A stretch of DNA of 64,000 nucleotides, taken from the IMG/VR virus record IMGVR_UViG_3300024344_003081. One strand, 5' to 3'. A model generated the notes under the pieces. It ran no database searches and was not told the origin of the DNA. It worked only from the letters and a program-made list of their open reading frames with translations. Source of the DNA: a virus (lineage: Duplodnaviria; Caudoviricetes). Positions 56,460 through 64,000 of the stretch are shown piece by piece. A program made the position numbers and the translations under genes. Positions within the stretch are counted from its first letter, which is position 1. The number at the start of each line of letters is the position of its first letter.

Positions 56460-59400
56460 ATGAAAGACGATCAAAAAGAACCACAAGACTTAGATTTAAG
56501 TAAAGTTTTAGCTACTGCTCTTGCTTATACTAAAAAAACACTTAAAAAGACTAAAGAAGAACTTGTTGTAGGCATAAAAGAAATTTTAGATCCTGTAACT
56601 GGTGAAAAAGTCAGAGTTCTTGAAATCAAAGGTACAGAAGGTTCCAAGGGCGAAAAAGGTGAAAAGGGAGAGCAAGGAGAGATTGGTCCCGTTGGTGAAC
56701 GAGGGGAAGACGGGAGAATTGGGCCTCAAGGTGTTCAAGGACCTCAGGGAGAGCAGGGAGAAACTGGACCCGAGGGACCCGAGGGAGAAAAGGGCGATCC
56801 TGGTGATGATGCTGAAGTAACTAGACTTGAAATTGAAATAGAAGGCATCAAAAAAGTTGTTAAAGAAGTTAGTTCAAAAGCAACCCAAACTGCACAAAAA
56901 GTAGCAGGAGGAAGCGGTTGGGGTGAAGGCGGCGGTGGAGGAGGAGCTTCTGGAATACACGGAACACATGGAACTTCTGGATCTGCGGGTTCATCTGGCG
57001 AAACTCATGGTACTTCTGGATCTTCTGGAGTTGATGGAACGTTTTTAGGCACTCATGGTACTTCTGGCTCTGCAGGAAGTTCTGGAGGAACAGGAAGTCA
57101 TGGTACTTCTGGCTCTGCAGGATCATCTGGATCTGCTGGTTCGTCTGGCTCATCTGGGTCTACAGGAACTTCTGGATCATCTGGTTTAACATATGCTTCA
57201 TCTGGATCTTCTGGAACTGCAGGAACATCTGGTCGTGATGGCGGTTCTTATATTCATATTCAATCTTCAGCCCAACCTGTTTGGTTAATAAATCATAATT
57301 TAAATACTAGACCAATAAACATATTAGTAGTAGATAGTGATTACAATGTAATTTATCCTGAATCTGTTCAATTTATTGATTCCAATACTGTAAAAATAAT
57401 CTGGCCTTCCTCTCAAGCAGGATTTGCTTCAATCACTTTTGGTGAAGCCTCTTCTGGTACTTCAGGAACATCTGGATTAACATATGCTTCTTCTGGTTCT
57501 GCTGGCTCTGCAGGAAGTGCTGGATCTACTGGTTCTGCAGGAAGTTCGGGAAGTGCTGGAAGTGCAGGAAGTTCGGGATCGTCTGGTCGTGATGCTTCTT
57601 CTGGATCATCTGGTTCTTCTGGAACATCTGGAACATCTGGAGTAGATGGTGAACAAGGAGATACGGGAGAAGGAGGAACTTCTGGTTCGTCAGGAACTAC
57701 TGGAACGCATGGAAGTTCTGGTTCTTCGGGAACAGATGGGACATCAGGAACATCTGGATCAGATGGAACTGAAGGAGATACAGGACCTCAAGGAACTGGA
57801 GGAACATCTGGCTCTGCAGGAAGTTCGGGAAGTGCTGGATCGTCTGGTTCATCTGGAGAAGATGGAACTTCGGGATCGTCTGGTTCATCTGGAGAAGATG
57901 GAACTTCTGGATCTTCTGGATCGTCTGGTTCTGCAGGAAGTTCTGGAACTTCTGGAACTGCTGGTACAAGTGGAACTTCTGGAACTGCTGGATCATCTGG
58001 TATAGATGGTGGTTTTGGAGGAGCTTCATTTTCATATCGTTACAATACTACACAAGGTACGGATGATCCAGGAACAGGGAAAATAGCATTTACTCTAACT
58101 TCTGGTACTTTTACAACTCCTGATCAAGCTAATAGATTAAGAATAAGTGATACTGATCAAGACGGAACAATAATTGATAGTTTTTTACAAACAATTAATG
58201 ATGTTGCTTTTAGTGATCCTAAAGGACATTTACGAATTTATGATAAAGATGATCCAGATGAATTTATGTTATATGGTATCAATGAATTTGATACTGTAAA
58301 TCCTTCATGGTATTATGTAAAAGTTACATATTTAGATTCCTCATTAACTGATTTTCAAAACGCAACTGAACTTGTTGCAACATTTGCAAGAACTGGTGAT
58401 TCTGGAACTTCTGGATCTGCTGGTTCATCTGGATCTGCGGGTAGTGCTGGATCCGCTGGTTCTGCTGGAAGTGCTGGCTCTGCAGGGAGTGCGGGTTCTG
58501 CAGGAACTGCTGGTTCTGCTGGTTCATCTGGATCCGCTGGATCTTCTGGATTGACATATGCTTCTTCTGGATCTGCTGGATCGTCTGGATTGACATTTGC
58601 TTCATCTGGATCATCTGGAGGAACAGGAAGTCATGGAACTTCTGGAACTACTGGAACTTCTGGCTCTGCTGGAAGTACTGGTTCTGCAGGTTCTGCAGGT
58701 AGTGCTGGATCTTCTGGACAAGATGGTGGTTCTTATATTCATAATCAAGAGTCAGCGGCATCCGTTTGGTTAATAAATCATCATCTAGGTGTTAGACCTT
58801 TAAATACTACAGTTGTAAATACTGATTATGATGTAATTTATCCAGAATCGATTAGATTTACAGACTCACGTACTGTTAAATTAGTTTTTACATCTGCAGT
58901 AGCGGGTTGGTGTGCATTAACTTTTGGAGAAGGCTCTTCTGGAACTTCTGGTTCTTCTGGAACTTCTGGATCGTCTGGTTCTGCAGGATCTGCTGGTTCT
59001 GCTGGTTCTGCAGGATCGTCTGGATCGTCTGGTTCTGCAGGAAGTGCAGGTAGTGCTGGATCATCTGGATGGACTTATGCTTCTTCTGGATCGTCTGGTT
59101 CTGCAGGAAGTGCTGGCTCTGCTGGAAGTGCTGGATCTGCTGGTTCTGCTGGAAGTGCAGGAAGTTCGGGAAGTGCTGGATCGTCTGGCTCTGCAGGAAG
59201 TTCGGGAAGTGCTGGATCTGCTGGTTCCGCTGGTTCTGCAGGGAGTGCTGGTTCATCTGGATCTGCAGGAAGCTCTGGATCTTCTGGTACTTCTGGATCT
59301 TCTGGTTCATCTGGCTCTGCAGGAAGTGCTGGCTCTGCTGGAAGTGCTGGCTCTGCAGGATCATCTGGATCTGCTGGTTCATCTGGCTCTGCAGGATCAT

Positions 59401-61499
59401 CTGGATCTGCTGGTTCATCTGGCTCTGCAGGAAGTGCTGGAAGTGCTGGCTCTACAGGAAGTTCGGGAAGTGCTGGATCATCTGGTCGTGATGGTGTTTT
59501 TGGAGGAGCGGCTTTTGAATATGATTTTTCAAATACAGCATTTGTAGGAGCTACAAGTGATCCTGGTGCGGGTAAACTTAACGTAGGATTCGATAATGGA
59601 TCTATTACTTTAGAGGATGATACTGGAAGTTTTATTTTAGAAACAGAGTCGGATCTTTTATTAGAGGGAGGTTCTACACCTACTGATTTTTCTACAGTTA
59701 ACAGAATTTCTATAAGCGAAACTGATGTAAATGGAACATCAACTGAAAGTTTTTTAAGTCAAGTTCAAACAGCAACATCTGCAATTAAAGGTCATGTAAG
59801 AATTCATCGAAAAACATATTCTGACCAATATGCAATGTTTACCATTCATTATGTTACTAATAATACAGATTTTCAAGAAATAGAAGTTACAAAAGTTGGT
59901 GGTGAAAATGCATTTTTTGCTAATGATGAAGACATAGTTGTTACATTTGCAAGAACTGGTGATGCTGGAACATCTGGAACATCTGGATCATCTGGATTAA
60001 CTTATGCTTCTTCTGGAAGTGCTGGCTCTGCAGGAAGTGCAGGAAGTTCTGGAACTGCAGGATCGTCTGGTCGTGATGGGGGTTCTTTTACTCATGAACA
60101 ATCTTCAGCGGCATCTGTTTGGTTAATAAATCATACTTTAACAAAAAGAGTTATAAATGTTCAAGTTTGTGATGATGATTATAATGTAATTTATCCAGAA
60201 TCTATTCAATTTACGGATTCAAATAATATAAAAATAGTATTTCCTACTGCAATAGCAGGATGGGCTACAGTAACGTTTGGAGAATCAACTTCTGGTACTT
60301 CTGGAACTGCAGGATCATCTGGAATAACTTATGCTTCTTCTGGATCGTCTGGTTCTGCAGGAAGTGCTGGCTCTGCTGGAAGTGCTGGATCTGCTGGTTC
60401 TGCTGGAAGTGCAGGAAGTTCGGGAAGTGCTGGCTCTGCAGGAAGTGCTGGTTCATCTGGCTCTGCAGGAAGTGCTGGAAGTGCTGGAAGTGCAGGAAGT
60501 GCTGGCTCTTCTGGTTCTGCAGGAAGTGCTGGATCCGCAGGAACTTCTGGAACTGCAGGAACTTCTGGACTAGATGGTAATTTTGGAGGAGCATCTTTTG
60601 AATATGATTTTGAAAATACAACATTTACAGGTGCATCAAGCGATCCAGGTTCTGGTAAACTTGAAGTAGGTATTGATACTGGATCTGCACCAACTGATTT
60701 CTCTACAGTTAACAGAATTTCTATAAGCGAATTAGATGTAAATGGTACATCAACTGAGAGTTTTCTAGATCAAGTTGATGGTGCAACATCTGCAATTAAA
60801 GGTCATGTAAGAATTCATAAAAGATTTAATAGTGATCAATATGTAATATTTACAATTTCAGATGTTACTAATAATACAGATTTTCAAGAAATAGAAGTTT
60901 CAAAGATCGGAGGACAAACTGCATTATTTTCCGATGATGAAGATATAGTTGTTACATTTGCAAGAACTGGTGATGCTGGAACATCTGGAACTGCTGGAAC
61001 TTCAGGAACTGCAGGAACTTCTGCTTCTGCTGGTTCTGCAGGAAGTGCTGGATCATCTGGCTCTGCAGGAACTTCTGGAACTACTGGTTCTTCAGGAAGT
61101 GCAGGAAGTTCGGGAAGTGCTGGATCGTCTGGCTCTGCAGGAACTGCAGGATCCTCTGGATTTTTAAATCTAAATAATTCTGCAGAAGATCGTTTAATTT
61201 CTATTAATGCTGATACTGAATCTGGTGATGGAGAAACAAATTTAACATTTGATGGAAATGAATTAAATGTAACTGGTAAAACTTTTTTGGTGGGTACAAG
61301 TGGAACAACTGGTTATATTCAAATGTCTCAAAGAGATGATGTTTCAGGAAATAAACCTACTTTGACTGCAGGTCAATCTGCAGTTTTTTCAAGTTCTTCG
61401 GGAGCAGGAGGAACAGGAATATATTTTAAACAAGGAACTGATGATCCCGATGAATTGGTTTCACGCAAAAAAGCAATAACTTATGGATTAATATTCTAA
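56460..61499 (+). CDS. Giant collagen-like / Gly-Ser-Ala triplet-repeat fibre protein with alternating globular modules A and B
   Basis: About 20 canonical G-X-Y collagen triplets, a short coiled coil, then hundreds of residues of G-S-A/G-S-S/G-T-S separating three A modules (H.Q.S...W.I.H.L..RP) and three B modules (F.Y...DPG.G...KGH.RI...TFARTGD); ends DELVSRKKAITYGLIF. Confidence 0.85.
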   Translation: MKDDQKEPQDLDLSKVLATALAYTKKTLKKTKEELVVGIKEILDPVTGEKVRVLEIKGTEGSKGEKGEKGEQGEIGPVGERGEDGRIGPQGVQGPQGEQGETGPEGPEGEKGDPGDDAEVTRLEIEIEGIKKVVKEVSSKATQTAQKVAGGSGWGEGGGGGGASGIHGTHGTSGSAGSSGETHGTSGSSGVDGTFLGTHGTSGSAGSSGGTGSHGTSGSAGSSGSAGSSGSSGSTGTSGSSGLTYASSGSSGTAGTSGRDGGSYIHIQSSAQPVWLINHNLNTRPINILVVDSDYNVIYPESVQFIDSNTVKIIWPSSQAGFASITFGEASSGTSGTSGLTYASSGSAGSAGSAGSTGSAGSSGSAGSAGSSGSSGRDASSGSSGSSGTSGTSGVDGEQGDTGEGGTSGSSGTTGTHGSSGSSGTDGTSGTSGSDGTEGDTGPQGTGGTSGSAGSSGSAGSSGSSGEDGTSGSSGSSGEDGTSGSSGSSGSAGSSGTSGTAGTSGTSGTAGSSGIDGGFGGASFSYRYNTTQGTDDPGTGKIAFTLTSGTFTTPDQANRLRISDTDQDGTIIDSFLQTINDVAFSDPKGHLRIYDKDDPDEFMLYGINEFDTVNPSWYYVKVTYLDSSLTDFQNATELVATFARTGDSGTSGSAGSSGSAGSAGSAGSAGSAGSAGSAGSAGTAGSAGSSGSAGSSGLTYASSGSAGSSGLTFASSGSSGGTGSHGTSGTTGTSGSAGSTGSAGSAGSAGSSGQDGGSYIHNQESAASVWLINHHLGVRPLNTTVVNTDYDVIYPESIRFTDSRTVKLVFTSAVAGWCALTFGEGSSGTSGSSGTSGSSGSAGSAGSAGSAGSSGSSGSAGSAGSAGSSGWTYASSGSSGSAGSAGSAGSAGSAGSAGSAGSSGSAGSSGSAGSSGSAGSAGSAGSAGSAGSSGSAGSSGSSGTSGSSGSSGSAGSAGSAGSAGSAGSSGSAGSSGSAGSSGSAGSSGSAGSAGSAGSTGSSGSAGSSGRDGVFGGAAFEYDFSNTAFVGATSDPGAGKLNVGFDNGSITLEDDTGSFILETESDLLLEGGSTPTDFSTVNRISISETDVNGTSTESFLSQVQTATSAIKGHVRIHRKTYSDQYAMFTIHYVTNNTDFQEIEVTKVGGENAFFANDEDIVVTFARTGDAGTSGTSGSSGLTYASSGSAGSAGSAGSSGTAGSSGRDGGSFTHEQSSAASVWLINHTLTKRVINVQVCDDDYNVIYPESIQFTDSNNIKIVFPTAIAGWATVTFGESTSGTSGTAGSSGITYASSGSSGSAGSAGSAGSAGSAGSAGSAGSSGSAGSAGSAGSSGSAGSAGSAGSAGSAGSSGSAGSAGSAGTSGTAGTSGLDGNFGGASFEYDFENTTFTGASSDPGSGKLEVGIDTGSAPTDFSTVNRISISELDVNGTSTESFLDQVDGATSAIKGHVRIHKRFNSDQYVIFTISDVTNNTDFQEIEVSKIGGQTALFSDDEDIVVTFARTGDAGTSGTAGTSGTAGTSASAGSAGSAGSSGSAGTSGTTGSSGSAGSSGSAGSSGSAGTAGSSGFLNLNNSAEDRLISINADTESGDGETNLTFDGNELNVTGKTFLVGTSGTTGYIQMSQRDDVSGNKPTLTAGQSAVFSSSSGAGGTGIYFKQGTDDPDELVSRKKAITYGLIF

Positions 61500-61500
61500 T

Positions 61501-61821
61501 ATGTCTATCGAAACAAATTTAATAGCAAATACAAATAGTGCAACAGCCACTACAGTTTATACTTCATCAGGAGAGTCTGCAGTTACAACAATATTTTTTT
61601 GTAATACAGATTCTTCTGCTATTGATGTAACATGTTGGATTGTTCCTAATGGTGACACATTGGGAGATGAACACATGATAATGAAAGAATTAACAATAAA
61701 TGCAACTGATACTTTTGCTTTTGGAAGTGAAAGAATTTTAATGGGAGCAAGCGATACTATTCAAGCAATCGCTGATACAGTAGATAAAGTTTCAGTAGTA
61801 ATTAGCTATACGAGTATTTAA
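61501..61821 (+). CDS. Small beta-rich virion protein of the type that follows fibre genes in T4-like marine phages
   Basis: 106 aa, TVYT...SAVTTIFFCN, I.A.DT....ERI.M...D.I.A pattern; 1-nt gap after upstream stop. Confidence 0.55.
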   Translation: MSIETNLIANTNSATATTVYTSSGESAVTTIFFCNTDSSAIDVTCWIVPNGDTLGDEHMIMKELTINATDTFAFGSERILMGASDTIQAIADTVDKVSVVISYTSI

Positions 61822-61824
61822 TTA

Positions 61825-64000
61825 ATGGCACTATTTCTTAAAGGCGAATACGCAGATTATAGTTTAAAAGAGAAAACAACTTCTGGTTCCGCTGGCTCTG
61901 CTGGATCTGCGGGGAGTGCTGGATCTGCAGGTTCTGCTGGTTCTGCAGGATCGTCTGGATTGACATATGCTTCATCTGGAAGCTCTGGCTCTGCGGGTTC
62001 TGCAGGGAGTGCTGGATCTTCTGGACAAGATGGTAGTTCTTTTGTTCATACTCAATCTTCAGCTTCACTTGTCTGGTTGATAACTCATGGTTTAGGAACT
62101 AGACCAGTAAATATAGAAGTTGTTGATGATAATTATAATGTTATTATACCAGAATCTATTCAATTTATTGATGGAAATAATGTAAAAATAGTATTTACTT
62201 CTTCACAAGCAGGATATGCCGCCATAACTTATGGACAGGGTTCTTCTGGAACTTCTGGTTCTGCAGGAACTTCTGGTTCTTCGGGAATGGGTGGAACTGC
62301 TGGATCATCTGGATCTACTGGTTCTACAGGAAGTGCTGGCTCTGCAGGATCATCTGGCTCTGCGGGAAGTGCAGGAAGTTCTGGGAGTGCTGGTTCTTCT
62401 GGTTCTGCAGGAACTTCTGGAACTACTGGAACTTCTGGAACTGCAGGAACATCTGGACAAGATGGAAATTTTGGTGGTCAATCTTTTGAATATGATTTTG
62501 AAAATACAACATTTACAGGCGCCGCAAGTGATCCAGGTTCTGGTAAACTTGTAGTAGGAATTGATACTGGATCTGCACCTACAGATTTTTCTACAGTTGA
62601 TAGAATTTCTATGAGTGAAGCTGATGTAAATGGTACATCAACTGAAAGTTTTCTAGATCAAGTTGATGGTGCAACATCCGCAATTAAAGGACATGTAAGA
62701 ATATCGAAAAAATTTGATACAAGTACGTATGTAATGTTTACTATCTCGGATGTTACTAATGATTCGGGTTTTCAAGAAATAGAAGTTTCGAAAATAGGAG
62801 GACAAACTGCATTATTTGATGATGATGAAGACATAATTGTTACATTTGCAAGAACTGGTGATGCTGGAACTTCTGGAACATCTGGTTCTTCAGGAAGTGC
62901 TGGTTCTGCAGGATCATCTGGCTCTGCGGGAAGTGCTGGCTCATCTGGATCCGCTGGCTCTGCGGGAAGTGCGGGTAGTGCTGGAAGTGCTGGTTCTGCT
63001 GGAAGTGCTGGCTCTGCAGGAAGTGCTGGTTCTTCGGGGGCAGGAGGAACACACGGAACTGCAGGTAGTGCTGGATCTGCTGGTTCATCTGGATCTGCAG
63101 GAAGTGCTGGCTCTGCGGGTTCTGCAGGAAGTGCTGGATCTTCTGGACAAGATGGCGGATCTTATATTCATACTCAATCTTCAGCTTCACTTGTCTGGTT
63201 TATACCTTATAATTTAAATACTAGGCCTGTAAATATAGAAGTTGTTGATGATAATTATAATGTAATTTATCCAGAATCTATTCAATATATTGATTCAAAT
63301 AATGTAAAAATAGTATTTCCTACTACTCAAGCAGGATATGCGGCGGTAACTTTTGGTGAAGGATCGTCTGGATCATCTGGTTCGTCTGGATTGACTTATG
63401 CTTCATCTGGATCATCTGGTACTTCTGGATCATCTGGGAGTGCTGGTTCTTCAGGAAGTGCTGGATCTGCTGGTTCCGCTGGCTCATCTGGATCCGCTGG
63501 CTCTGCAGGAAGTGCTGGTTCATCTGGCTCTGCAGGAAGTGCTGGAAGTGCTGGAAGTGCAGGAAGTGCTGGCTCTGCAGGAAGTGCTGGCTCTGCTGGT
63601 TCTGCGGGCTCTTCTGGATACACTTATGCTTCATCTGGTTCATCTGGCTCTGCGGGAAGTGCTGGTTCTGCAGGATCATCTGGTTCGTCAGGAACTACTG
63701 GAACTTCTGGAACATCTGGTTCTTCAGGAAGTGCTGGTTCTGCAGGATCATCTGGCTCTGCGGGAAGTGCTGGTTCTGCTGGATCCGCTGGCTCTGCAGG
63801 AAGTGCTGGAAGTGCTGGTTCATCTGGTTCTGCTGGTTCTTCAGGAAGTGCTGGAAGTGCAGGAAGTGCTGGCTCTACAGGAAGTGCTGGATCCGCTGGC
63901 TCTGCAGGGAGTGCTGGATCATCCGGTCGTGATGGTGGATCTTACATTCATACACAATCTACACCTGCAATTGTTTGGTTAATACCTTATAATTTAGGAA
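61825..64000 (+). CDS. Second Gly-Ser-Ala repeat fibre protein, partial (runs off window end; absent from ORF track)
   Basis: ATG 61825 [27 protein letters not shown]..., open to 64000; modules A, B, A and the start of another A. Confidence 0.85.
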   Translation, partial: MALFLKGEYADYSLKEKTTSGSAGSAGSAGSAGSAGSAGSAGSSGLTYASSGSSGSAGSAGSAGSSGQDGSSFVHTQSSASLVWLITHGLGTRPVNIEVVDDNYNVIIPESIQFIDGNNVKIVFTSSQAGYAAITYGQGSSGTSGSAGTSGSSGMGGTAGSSGSTGSTGSAGSAGSSGSAGSAGSSGSAGSSGSAGTSGTTGTSGTAGTSGQDGNFGGQSFEYDFENTTFTGAASDPGSGKLVVGIDTGSAPTDFSTVDRISMSEADVNGTSTESFLDQVDGATSAIKGHVRISKKFDTSTYVMFTISDVTNDSGFQEIEVSKIGGQTALFDDDEDIIVTFARTGDAGTSGTSGSSGSAGSAGSSGSAGSAGSSGSAGSAGSAGSAGSAGSAGSAGSAGSAGSSGAGGTHGTAGSAGSAGSSGSAGSAGSAGSAGSAGSSGQDGGSYIHTQSSASLVWFIPYNLNTRPVNIEVVDDNYNVIYPESIQYIDSNNVKIVFPTTQAGYAAVTFGEGSSGSSGSSGLTYASSGSSGTSGSSGSAGSSGSAGSAGSAGSSGSAGSAGSAGSSGSAGSAGSAGSAGSAGSAGSAGSAGSAGSSGYTYASSGSSGSAGSAGSAGSSGSSGTTGTSGTSGSSGSAGSAGSSGSAGSAGSAGSAGSAGSAGSAGSSGSAGSSGSAGSAGSAGSTGSAGSAGSAGSAGSSGRDGGSYIHTQSTPAIVWLIPYNLG

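Larger units (their letters stand above)
56940..64000 (+). repeat. Low-complexity 9/18-nt codon-repeat tracts and duplicated 200-470 nt modules
   Basis: Recurrent GCTGGCTCTGCAGGAAGT / GGATCATCTGG units; B modules near 60575-60975 and 62460-62865 are visibly highly similar at DNA level. Confidence 0.9.

Noticed and set aside
60575-63360. Near-identical module pairs as a possible diversity-generating retroelement TR/VR
   Set aside because: Differences are not restricted to adenines, both copies are in-frame coding modules, and no reverse transcriptase is present in the window
56602-63982. Many long alternative-frame and antisense ORFs (LLVLQE..., QQIQHF..., PAEPALP..., CW-rich)
   Set aside because: Shadows of the GGN-TCN/AGT-GCN codon repeats, which lack stops in other frames; no RBS or independent protein features
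56940-64000. Repeat tracts as a CRISPR array or an ice-nucleation protein
   Set aside because: No constant repeat with unique spacers; lacks the InaZ AGYGST-type 16/48-residue periodicity
1-64000. Alternative genetic code (stop-codon reassignment)
   Set aside because: Conserved genes are full length in the standard code and end in TAA, TAG and TGA at expected positions

Overview
A 64-kb, very AT-rich segment of a large T4-like (Tevenvirinae/Kyanoviridae-style) contractile-tailed phage, probably aquatic. No host genes, tRNAs, CRISPR arrays or integrase are visible. Order: a partial late gene (minus); two multidomain glycosyltransferases co-oriented with gp33-gp59-gp32; a minus-strand tail block (tape measure, gp51, gp26, gp54-like, gp2, gp4); baseplate genes (two gp48 paralogs, gp53, hub, lysozyme-less gp5, two large unknown/Ig-like proteins, gp25, gp6, gp7, gp8, VrlC-like fibre); neck gp13-gp15; terminase gp16/gp17 split by a putative nuclease; a degenerate HNH gene; sheath gp18, tube gp19 and portal gp20; then, in place of the usual prohead genes, two giant Gly-Ser-Ala/Thr triplet-repeat proteins. 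Main candidates: (1) a phage-encoded virion protein O-glycosylation system, pairing an Aah/TibC-type heptosyltransferase plus four other GT domains and a methyltransferase with proline-poor, Ser-rich collagen-like fibres; (2) a lambda G/GT-like -1 frameshift joining gp26 and gp51 upstream of the tape measure gene; (3) a long hairpin that hides the portal RBS and contains a late promoter. All homology calls come from motif recognition by eye, not database searches.
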